DNA from: Solirubrobacteraceae bacterium
GTDB lineage: Bacteria; Actinomycetota; Thermoleophilia; Solirubrobacterales; Solirubrobacteraceae
Assembly: GCA_036509295.1 (NCBI GenBank)
Contig: DATCFW010000033.1
Span: forward strand, 1-33,888
Length of the DNA: 33,888 nucleotides
Direction of reading: 5' to 3'
Part shown: positions 26,351-33,888 of the stretch, in pieces
Numbering within the stretch: the first letter of the stretch is position 1
Layout of the letters: each line of letters begins with the position of its first letter
Made by a program: the position numbers and the translations under genes
The notes under the pieces: generated by a model
The model's input: only the letters and a program-made list of their open reading frames with translations
The model's database searches: none
What the model was told of the DNA's origin: nothing

Positions 26351-28630
26351 CTAGGCCCGGCTGCCCCGGGCGTCCTGGATCGCGCGCCACACCTTCTCGC
26401 CGTTGGCCGGCATGGCGAGGTGGCGCACCCCGAGGTGGGCGAGCGCGTCGATCACGGCGTTGTGGACCGCCGGCGTCGCGCCGATCGTGCCCGACTCGCC
26501 GATCCCCTTGGCCCCGAGGGGATTGACCGGGGTGGGGGTCTCCATCTGAACGCGCTCAAACGACGGCAGCTCGGCCGCGGACGGGATGCAGTAGGTCACG
26601 AGATTCCCGTGCTGGGAGTTGCCCTCGGAGTCGTAGCGGACCTCCTCGTACAGCGCCTGGGCGATGCCCGCGGCCAGACCGCCGTGCACCTGACCGTCGG
26701 CGACGAGCGGATTGATGATCCGCCCGGCGTCGTCGCAGGCGATCATGCGGTCCAGGCGAACCGAGCCGGTCTCAGCGTCGACCTCGACGACGGCGACGTG
26801 AGCCCCGAACGGGAACGTCGGCTGGGCGGGCTTGAAGTCGGTCTCCGCGCTCAGCTCGGCCAGGCGGCCGTCCTGCACGAGGCCATCGGCCAGCTTCGCC
26901 CAGGCCAGCGACGGCTCGGCCGACCCGGTCACGTGGAAGCTCCCGATCTCGAGGTCGAGCACCATGTCGTCGACGTTGGCCTCCAGGGCGTCGGCGGCGA
27001 TCTCCTTGGCGCGCTGCACCACGATCTCCGACGCCTGGCCGGCGGCCGCCCCACCGATCTGGGTCGACTTTGAGCCGTACGTCCCGGTGCCGCGGGGCAC
27101 CCGATCGGTGTCGCCGGCGATCACCTGGATGTCCTGCACGTCGATGCCGGTCCGCTCGGACACGATCTGGGCGAACGTCGTCTCGTGGCCCTGACCGTGG
27201 GAGAAGGAGCCGGTGCGAACGATCGCGCCGCCGTCCGGCGTGATCTCGACGGCGCCGAACTCCCCCTCGTTGATGCCGTTGGTGATCTCCACGTAGACGC
27301 TGAGGCCGATGCCCAGCAGCCGGTCCGAGCCCTCGGCCCGGCGGCGCTGCTGCTCGCGGCGCAACTCCTCGTAGCCGGCCTGCTCCAGCGCGCGGTCCAG
27401 CGCCCCGGCGTAGTCGCCGATGTCATAGGTGGCCCCGGCGGCGGTGGTGACCGGGAACCGGTCGTTGGCGATGAAGTTGCGCCGACGGATCTCGGCAGGA
27501 TCGAGCCCCGCCTCGACGGCGAACATGTCAACCGCCCGCTCGATCATCTGGCTGGCCTCCGGGCGTCCGGCGCCGCGCACCGGCCCCGTCGGCGTTGAGT
27601 TGGAGACGACCGCGGTGATGTCGACCTCGATCTTGGGGATGTCGTACACGCCGCTCGACATCATCTGGGTGAGCACCGCGAGGAATGCTCCGATGCCGGG
27701 ATAGGCGCCGGCGTCCTGGAGCAGCTTGACCCGCAGCGCCTTCAGCTCGCCGTCCTTGGTGCCGCCCAGCTCGAAGTCGGCCCACTGCGCGCGGCCGTGG
27801 TGCATGGCGACCATGTGCTCCGAGCGCGTCTCGGTCCACCGCACCGTCCGGTCGGTCTCGCGGGCCAGCCAGCCCATCAGGATGTCCTCGACGTCGGCGC
27901 CCTTGCCGCCGAACCCACCGCCGACGTCGGGCGCGATCACGCGGACCTGGTCGGGCTCGAGGCCGAGCGCGCCGGCGATCGCCTGCTTGTCCGCGTGCGG
28001 CGTCTGGGTCGACAGATGGATCGTCAGCTTGCCCTCCGCGAACTCGGCCACCGTCGAGCGGGGTTCGATCGGCAGGGCGAGCAGGCGGGGGCTCTCGTTG
28101 GCGCCCGAGATGACGATGTCGCAATCGGCGAACAGGTTCTCGTCGGGGTTCTGCGCCGGGATCCGCAGGCACGTGTTCGAGCCGGCGGACTCGAATAGCA
28201 GGACCTCGTCCTTCACCGCGTCGCGGATGTCGGTGACGACCGGCAGGGACTCGTACTCGATGGACACGAGCTCGGCGGCGTCGACGGAGGCGGCCGGCGA
28301 CCCGGCGACGACGATGGCGACGATCTCCCCGGCATATCGCACCGTGTCGGTGGCGACGGGCGGGCGGAACATGCTCTCGTGGACCTGGAGCATCGGCGGG
28401 GGCGGGCTCGGCGCCAGACCGATCTCGGCGGCGGTGAACACCTGGACGCCCGGCAGCTCGCGGGCTGCCTGCGCGTCGATCGACTCGATTCGGGCGTGGC
28501 CGAGGTAGGAGCGCACGAACGTCACGTGCAGCGCGTTCTCGGTGCGGATGTCGTCGACGTACCGCCCTTGCCCGAGGAGGAAGCGTGGGTCCTCGCGGCG
28601 GCGAATCCTCTGTCCGATTCCGGTGGGCAT
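26351..28630 (-). CDS. Xanthine dehydrogenase family molybdopterin-binding large subunit (CoxL-like, not form I CO dehydrogenase)
   Basis: [32 protein letters not shown], active-site loop [33 protein letters not shown]. Confidence 0.92.
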   Translation of the reverse strand: MPTGIGQRIRRREDPRFLLGQGRYVDDIRTENALHVTFVRSYLGHARIESIDAQAARELPGVQVFTAAEIGLAPSPPPPMLQVHESMFRPPVATDTVRYAGEIVAIVVAGSPAASVDAAELVSIEYESLPVVTDIRDAVKDEVLLFESAGSNTCLRIPAQNPDENLFADCDIVISGANESPRLLALPIEPRSTVAEFAEGKLTIHLSTQTPHADKQAIAGALGLEPDQVRVIAPDVGGGFGGKGADVEDILMGWLARETDRTVRWTETRSEHMVAMHHGRAQWADFELGGTKDGELKALRVKLLQDAGAYPGIGAFLAVLTQMMSSGVYDIPKIEVDITAVVSNSTPTGPVRGAGRPEASQMIERAVDMFAVEAGLDPAEIRRRNFIANDRFPVTTAAGATYDIGDYAGALDRALEQAGYEELRREQQRRRAEGSDRLLGIGLSVYVEITNGINEGEFGAVEITPDGGAIVRTGSFSHGQGHETTFAQIVSERTGIDVQDIQVIAGDTDRVPRGTGTYGSKSTQIGGAAAGQASEIVVQRAKEIAADALEANVDDMVLDLEIGSFHVTGSAEPSLAWAKLADGLVQDGRLAELSAETDFKPAQPTFPFGAHVAVVEVDAETGSVRLDRMIACDDAGRIINPLVADGQVHGGLAAGIAQALYEEVRYDSEGNSQHGNLVTYCIPSAAELPSFERVQMETPTPVNPLGAKGIGESGTIGATPAVHNAVIDALAHLGVRHLAMPANGEKVWRAIQDARGSRA

Positions 28631-28759
28631 TGGCGGTTTCCTCTCCGACGGGGCGGTGTGAACTAGTTGGTGTTCGGGATTGTGATCACGCGGCGGCGAG
28701 CTCGCCAGCCAATCCGCGCGGCCCGCGTTGACCGACGGCGCAGTGGCGTGGCGCCGATC

Positions 28760-29557
28760 CTACGGGTCGACGAACTCGGCCGGCTGCTTGGTGAAGCCGG
28801 CCGTGACGGCGGCGAGCTGGTTCCGGGAGCCGATCAGCCCGAGCTGGAGTTCGGCCTCGAGCGCCAGCGTGTCATGCGCGGGGCCGGTCCAGGACTCGTC
28901 GAACAGCCGCTTGGCCGCCCGCACCGCATCCGGAGAGCGGCCGGCGATCTCGGCCGCGAGCTCGCGGGCCGCCGCCAGCGGGTCGTCGGCGACGCGGGTG
29001 ACGACGCCGAGCCGCGCGCCCTCGGTGCCATCGAAGACACGGCCGGTGTAGGTGAGCTCCTTGGCGACGTCGATCGCCACCAGCCGTGGCAGGGTCCGGG
29101 TGATCGACATGTCGGGCACCAGCCCCCATTTGACCTCCATCACCGACAGGCGCGTGTCGGGCGCGGCGATCCGGATGTCGGCGCCGAGCGCGATCTGCAG
29201 TCCGCCGCCGAGGCAGTTGCCGTGCAGCGCCGCGATGACCGGCACCGGAAGGTCGAGCCAGCCGTGGGCGGCCCGCTGAAACCAGTTCGGCACCTCGCCG
29301 TGGACCCGGTCGGTGAGCCCGGCGGCGCCGCCGCCGTCGGCCATGATGCTGACCACGTCCAGGCCCGAGCAGAAGCTCGGTCCCTCGCCGTGCAGGACGA
29401 CCGCCCGGACGCCGGGCTCGCCGGCGAGTCGCTGCGACGCGGCGTTGATCTGCTCGAACATCGGCACGTCGAGCGCGTTGTGCTTATCGGCGCGGGTGAG
29501 CGTGACCACGGCGACGTGGTCGACAACCACGACGTTGACTCGTTGCTCGGAGCTCAT
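28760..29557 (-). CDS. Crotonase / enoyl-CoA hydratase family protein
   Basis: KHNALD, FCSGLD, GNCLGGGLQIALGADIR, MEVKWGLVPD. Confidence 0.92.
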   Translation of the reverse strand: MSSEQRVNVVVVDHVAVVTLTRADKHNALDVPMFEQINAASQRLAGEPGVRAVVLHGEGPSFCSGLDVVSIMADGGGAAGLTDRVHGEVPNWFQRAAHGWLDLPVPVIAALHGNCLGGGLQIALGADIRIAAPDTRLSVMEVKWGLVPDMSITRTLPRLVAIDVAKELTYTGRVFDGTEGARLGVVTRVADDPLAAARELAAEIAGRSPDAVRAAKRLFDESWTGPAHDTLALEAELQLGLIGSRNQLAAVTAGFTKQPAEFVDP

Positions 29558-29563
29558 CTGGCG

Positions 29564-30340
29564 TTAGACCCTACCGTCGAGCGACACCGCGTCGCCCACT
29601 CGGACGGTGGCCCCCTCCAGCACCTCGCCGTAGACGCCGAACGGCAGCGGCTCGGCGCTGGGATGATCGAGCCGGAACTCGGCGAGCAGCTTGAGCGTGG
29701 GGAAGTCGACCGTGCCGGTTTCGGGGTTGCGCGTGGTGACCATGCAGCGCCCGACGTGGCCGTGCATCGCCAGTAGCGCCGAACCGACCCGAACGCGTCG
29801 TCCGATCCAGTCGTCCTCCTCGTGGGCCGTGATGCCGTCGACCTCGATCAGCATCCGGAAGCGACGCGGGTCGACCGACTCGGCACCGCCCAGCTCCGCC
29901 AGGTGGCGCAGCGACGCCGACGAGATGACCGACGCCGCCGCCTCGCGCCCGCGGTCCACGCCGATCTCGGCGGCGACGAGCCGCAACGGCTCGCCGAGGA
30001 ACTCCGAGAGCGCCTCCGCCCACGGTCCAACGACCTCTCGCGAGTGGTAGGTGTGGCCGTGAAACCGGGTCGCCAGCGTTTCGCCGTGACGCACCCTTCC
30101 GCCGGCCGTCACGCCGGTGGGGAACCGCAGCGTCAGCTCGCCGGCGTCGGGATCGTAGTCGGGAACGATCGTGTGGAGGGTGCCGTAGCGCTTGCCGTTG
30201 ATCATGCGTCCCCGCTCGTCGATCACATAGAAGCTGCGGTTGCCGCGCGCACCCAGCTCGGTGAGCTCCACGGCATCGACGGCGTGGACGCGCATGCCCT
30301 TGACCGGAGTGATTGACAGACCGGTGACGGCGGCGCTCAT
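29564..30340 (-). CDS. MOSC domain protein (MOSC_N + MOSC; YcbX/mARC-like)
   Basis: ITPVKG, NRSFYVID, ISSASL, RRFR, EDDW, RCMVTT (conserved Cys), FGVY; alternative GTG at 30343. Confidence 0.88.
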   Translation of the reverse strand: MSAAVTGLSITPVKGMRVHAVDAVELTELGARGNRSFYVIDERGRMINGKRYGTLHTIVPDYDPDAGELTLRFPTGVTAGGRVRHGETLATRFHGHTYHSREVVGPWAEALSEFLGEPLRLVAAEIGVDRGREAAASVISSASLRHLAELGGAESVDPRRFRMLIEVDGITAHEEDDWIGRRVRVGSALLAMHGHVGRCMVTTRNPETGTVDFPTLKLLAEFRLDHPSAEPLPFGVYGEVLEGATVRVGDAVSLDGRV

Positions 30341-30369
30341 CACGGGTTCACGATATCCCCACCCCAGGC

Positions 30370-30408
30370 GGCAGCGGTTTTAGCCGCATGTGGCCTAAAA
30401 CCGCTGCC
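30370..30408. repeat. 14-bp perfect inverted repeat (GGCAGCGGTTTTAG-N11-CTAAAACCGCTGCC); hairpin, REP-like or terminator
   Basis: Arms at 30370-30383 and 30395-30408, in the intergenic gap between the ABC exporter and the MOSC gene; no clear poly-U tail. Confidence 0.75.
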
Positions 30409-30483
30409 ACGCGTCCCGGCCGCTCGTGGCCCGGCAGGGGAAGGCCCGCGCCACGAGCCCTGATCGACAGCGGCTGGCACCGC

Positions 30484-32346
30484 TCAGGCCGCGGCCTGCT
30501 CCGCCCAGTCGCGATACAGCTGCCAGTAGCGGCCCTCGGCGGCCAGCAGCTCGTCGTGTGAGCCCTGCTCGACGATCTGCCCGTGCTCCATCACCAGGAT
30601 CACGGCGGCGTGCTGGATCGTCGACAGCCGGTGGGCGATGACGATCGCGGTTCGGCCGGCCACCAGCCGGCGCAGCCCCTGCTCGATGACGCCCTCGGTG
30701 TGGACGTCCACGTTGGCGGTGGCCTCGTCCAGGACGAGGATCCGCGGGTCGGCGACGAGCGCGCGGGCGAACGCGATCAGCTGGCGCTGCCCGGCGGAGA
30801 GCTGCACGCCACGTTCCCCGACCTCGGTGTCATAGCCGTGGGGCAGCGCCATGATGAAGTCGTCGGCGCCGACGGCGCTCGCGGCATCGCGCAGCTGCGC
30901 CTCGGTCGCCTCCGGCCGCCCGAATGAGAGGTTGTCGCGGATCGTGCCGCTGAACAGGAACCCCTCCTGGGGCACCATCCCCATCTGCGACCGCAGCGAA
31001 TGCGCGGTCACCGTGCGCAGGTCGTGCCCGTCGACCAGGATCGCGCCCGAGGTCGGGTCATAGAAGCGGGCGACGAGCTTGGCGAACGTCGACTTGCCGG
31101 CGCCGGTCTCGCCGACGAGGGCGACGGTCTGGCCGGGCTCGATCACCAGGTTGACGTTCCGCAGCGCCCAGGCTTCGTCGTTCTGGGCGTCCACGGGGGC
31201 GGTCGCCCCCCGGGCGTAGTCGTTTGGGGGGTCCACGGGGGGCGCAGCCCCCCGGGTGTAGCGAAACGACACGTCATCGAACCGCAGCTCGCCGCGGATC
31301 CGCGGTAGCTCCGTCGCGTCCGGCGCGTCGACGATCTCCGGCTGCTCGTCGAGCAGTCCGAAGATCTTGTCCAGCGCCGCCATCCCGGACTGGTAGGTCG
31401 TGTACAGCTGGGAGAGCTGCTGGATTGGATCGAAGAAGTTGTTGAGCGCCGCGATGAACCCGAACACCACTCCGGTGGAGGCGTGCCCATTGATCGCCTC
31501 GACACCGCCGATGACGAGGATCTCAACCGTCACCAGCGCCGACAGCAGCTCCACCGCCGGGAAGTAGGCGGCGTTGAGGTGGACGGTCCGCATGTTGGCC
31601 GCGCGGTTCTCGTCGTTGAGCTGGGCGAAGTGCTCGATGTGGCGGCGCTCCTGACCGAACGCCCGCACCACCCGGATCCCGGACAGGGTCTCGCCGAGGT
31701 ACCCGGTGATGGAGGCGATCTTCTCCCGGGTCAGCCGGTAAGCGCCGGCTGACGCGATCCGGAACGCCAGCGCGCCGAGGAACAGCAACGGCAGCGCGAT
31801 GAACGTGAGCAGCGCCAGGTGCGGGTCCAGGATCACCAGGATCACCACGACGCCGATCAGCGTCAGGCTGCTCTGGATCAGGGTGGCCAGCCCGTCCTCG
31901 ACGAGCTGGTCGAGCGCCTCGACGTCGTTGGTCATGCGGCTGATCATCACGCCGGCGATGTTGCGGCTGTAGAAGCCGATTGACAGCGACTGGAGGTGGG
32001 CGAACAGCTTCAGCCGCAGATCCTGCAGCGCGCGCTGGCCGACCCAGCCGACCAGGTAGGTCTGGGCGTACGTGGCCACGCCATACACCGCCGCCGAGAT
32101 GAGGAAGATGATCACCACCACGGTCAGCACGCTCGTGTCGTGCTTGTCGATGCCCTGGTCGATTGCGACCTTGGCCAGCGGCGCCGGCGCCAGCGCCGCG
32201 GCGGTGGCCAGCACCAGCGAGGTGAACATGGCCAGGACGCGCCACCGATACGGCGCGAGAATTTCGATCAGGCCGCGGAGCTTGCGGCCGTTGCCCGCGG
32301 TCTCGCGGAAGCGGCGGCGCAGCTCGGAGCCGGCGTGCGTGCTCAT
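30484..32346 (-). CDS. ABC exporter (fused TMD-NBD), subunit 2 of a heterodimer
   Basis: N-terminal [37 protein letters not shown]. Confidence 0.94.
   Translation of the reverse strand: MSTHAGSELRRRFRETAGNGRKLRGLIEILAPYRWRVLAMFTSLVLATAAALAPAPLAKVAIDQGIDKHDTSVLTVVVIIFLISAAVYGVATYAQTYLVGWVGQRALQDLRLKLFAHLQSLSIGFYSRNIAGVMISRMTNDVEALDQLVEDGLATLIQSSLTLIGVVVILVILDPHLALLTFIALPLLFLGALAFRIASAGAYRLTREKIASITGYLGETLSGIRVVRAFGQERRHIEHFAQLNDENRAANMRTVHLNAAYFPAVELLSALVTVEILVIGGVEAINGHASTGVVFGFIAALNNFFDPIQQLSQLYTTYQSGMAALDKIFGLLDEQPEIVDAPDATELPRIRGELRFDDVSFRYTRGAAPPVDPPNDYARGATAPVDAQNDEAWALRNVNLVIEPGQTVALVGETGAGKSTFAKLVARFYDPTSGAILVDGHDLRTVTAHSLRSQMGMVPQEGFLFSGTIRDNLSFGRPEATEAQLRDAASAVGADDFIMALPHGYDTEVGERGVQLSAGQRQLIAFARALVADPRILVLDEATANVDVHTEGVIEQGLRRLVAGRTAIVIAHRLSTIQHAAVILVMEHGQIVEQGSHDELLAAEGRYWQLYRDWAEQAAA
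31177..31260. repeat. In-frame tandem 2 x 42 bp degenerate repeat with internal G/C palindromes, inside the ABC exporter gene
   Basis: Units 31177-31218 and 31219-31260 match at 34/42 positions (counted by hand); they encode [14 protein letters not shown] and [14 protein letters not shown]. Confidence 0.85.
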
Positions 32347-33888
32347 CAGCCGCCCACTTCGACGGTCTTGCGGGTGAGGAAGACGGAGTCGGGCATGCCT
32401 TTCTCCACGATCTCGCGGTACAGGCTCGACTGGTCGAGCAGCTCGTCGTGGCTGCCGTCCGCGGCGACGCGGCCGTCCTCGAGGACGACGATCCGGTCGG
32501 CCAGGGCGATCGTGGACAGGCGGTGGGCGATCACGAACGTCGTCCGGCCGGCCATCACATCGCCAAGCGCGCGCTTGATCTCGGCTTCGGTGGACGCGTC
32601 GACCGACGAGGTCGCATCGTCGAGGATGAGGATCCGCGGATCGGCGAGGATCGCTCGGGCGATCGCGATGCGCTGGCGCTGCCCACCCGACAGGGTCAGG
32701 CCGCGCTCGCCGACGCGCGTGTCATAGCCGGCGGGGAGTCGCTCGATGAAGCCGGCCGCCTGGGCGGCCGCGGCGGCGCGCTCGACGTCCTCGCGGCTCG
32801 CCTCGCCGCGCGCGTAGGCGATGTTCTCGTGCACCGTGGCCGAGAACAGGAACGGGTCGTCGTTGACGACGGCGATCGCGCCCCGGAGGCTGTCGAGCTC
32901 CACGCTGCGGACGTCGGCGCCGTCGATCGACACCGAGCCGGTGGTGACGTCGTAGAGCCGCGGCAGCAACGACACGAGCGCCGACTTGCCGGCGCCCATG
33001 GCGCCGACCAGCGCCACCACCTGGCCCGCGGGGACGTCGAGGTCGATGCCGGTCAGCGCCGGGTGCGTCGTCCCGTTGAAGGTGAGCCCGGCGCCGCGCA
33101 GGACCACGTGACCGCCGCCGGCGGGCAGCGCCGGCGCCGCCGGGGGAGACGCGATCTCGGGCTCCTGATCGAGGATCTGGAAGATGCGGGCGCCGGACGC
33201 GGTGGCCCGTTGGGCGGCGCCGAGCATGTAGCCGAGCGTCTGCATGGGGGAGATGAGCATCAGCAGGTACGCGTAGAACGCGGTGAACGCGCCCACCGTC
33301 AGCGAGCCGCCGATCACCTCGCGGCCGCCGAACAGGAGGATCGCCGCCAGCCCCAGGTTGGGCAGGAAGCTGATCATCGGGTTGTAGAACGCCTGGATGC
33401 GCGTCGCCCGCAGCTGTTGGTCGAACACCCGCTGGACGGTGTGGCGAAAGCGCTCGAGCTGGCGCTCCTCCTGGGCGAACGCCTTGACCACGCGCACACC
33501 CGAGACGTTTTCCTCGGTGTCGGCGGTGAGCTCGGCGATCCGCTGCTGCGCCTCCTGCATCGCCGGACGCGACTTGTGGCCGTAGCGGTTGGCGATCAGC
33601 ACCACGAACGGGACCGGCGCCAATGAGATCGCCGCCAGCCCGGGCTGGAGCGCGAACATCGCCACCGCGGCGAGCAGGATCGTCACCAGCGATTGGGCGA
33701 TGAAGATCAGCCCATAGCCGAGGAAGAATCGGACCGACTGGAGGTCAACCGTCGCGCGGCTCATCAGCTGACCGGTCTGCTGGCGATCGAAGAAGGAGAG
33801 CTCGAGTCGCTGCAAGTGCCCGTACAGCGCCTCGCGCAGGTCGACCTCGACGTCCAGCGACACCCGCCCGGCCACGATCCGTCGCAGC
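32346..33888 (-). CDS. ABC exporter (fused TMD-NBD), subunit 1 of a heterodimer; 5' end outside the window
   Basis: Frame stays open to the window edge (LRRIVAGRVS...); GAMGAGKS, LSGGQRQR, LDDATSSVD, AHRLST; TGATG overlap with the partner gene. Confidence 0.93.
   Translation of the reverse strand, partial: LRRIVAGRVSLDVEVDLREALYGHLQRLELSFFDRQQTGQLMSRATVDLQSVRFFLGYGLIFIAQSLVTILLAAVAMFALQPGLAAISLAPVPFVVLIANRYGHKSRPAMQEAQQRIAELTADTEENVSGVRVVKAFAQEERQLERFRHTVQRVFDQQLRATRIQAFYNPMISFLPNLGLAAILLFGGREVIGGSLTVGAFTAFYAYLLMLISPMQTLGYMLGAAQRATASGARIFQILDQEPEIASPPAAPALPAGGGHVVLRGAGLTFNGTTHPALTGIDLDVPAGQVVALVGAMGAGKSALVSLLPRLYDVTTGSVSIDGADVRSVELDSLRGAIAVVNDDPFLFSATVHENIAYARGEASREDVERAAAAAQAAGFIERLPAGYDTRVGERGLTLSGGQRQRIAIARAILADPRILILDDATSSVDASTEAEIKRALGDVMAGRTTFVIAHRLSTIALADRIVVLEDGRVAADGSHDELLDQSSLYREIVEKGMPDSVFLTRKTVEVGG

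Noticed and set aside
26351-28630. Aerobic CO dehydrogenase (coxL form I)
   Set aside because: The AYRCSFR motif is absent and there are no coxM/coxS or accessory genes.
28631-28759. Short palindromes AACTAGTT and GTGATCAC upstream of the molybdoenzyme gene
   Set aside because: Only 8 bp each and not seen repeated; too weak to call as operators.
1-33888. tRNA, rRNA, CRISPR array, transposase, integrase or defence genes
   Set aside because: None recognised. Intergenic gaps are short and every well-supported coding region is a metabolic, transport or regulatory gene. An Infernal/tRNAscan run would be needed to exclude small RNAs.

Overview
Very GC-rich, gene-dense bacterial DNA, probably actinobacterial (Thermoleophilia/Solirubrobacterales-like is my impression from protein style, not a computed placement). 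Most of the window looks like a catabolic island for phenolic or aryl-ketone compounds in three parts. (i) A minus-strand operon (1-10862): a Liv-type ABC importer, a VOC protein, a single-domain MetE-like Zn enzyme, a Zn alcohol dehydrogenase and two GMC flavoproteins, one with a small partner subunit. It diverges from a VanR-like GntR regulator, with two TTGCATGCA(A/G) palindromes in between. (ii) A minus-strand block: an alpha/beta hydrolase, a TIM-barrel enzyme and two consecutive ThDP-dependent E1 alpha/beta pairs, with no E2 or E3. (iii) A plus-strand operon (17959-24846): a two-subunit phenylphosphate-synthase-type kinase, a three-subunit biotin-dependent carboxylase and a HAD phosphatase, followed by an MFS transporter. 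This matches the phosphorylation/carboxylation pathway for 4-hydroxyacetophenone/acetovanillone (Hpe of Rhodococcus, Acv of Sphingobium SYK-6), but the downstream CoA-ligase/cleavage genes are absent from the window. The right end carries an orphan xanthine-dehydrogenase-family Mo subunit, a crotonase, a MOSC protein and an asymmetric heterodimeric ABC exporter. One exporter subunit has an in-frame 2 x 42 bp palindromic repeat insertion. I saw no RNA genes, CRISPR arrays or transposases. All family calls come from motif recognition, not database searches.
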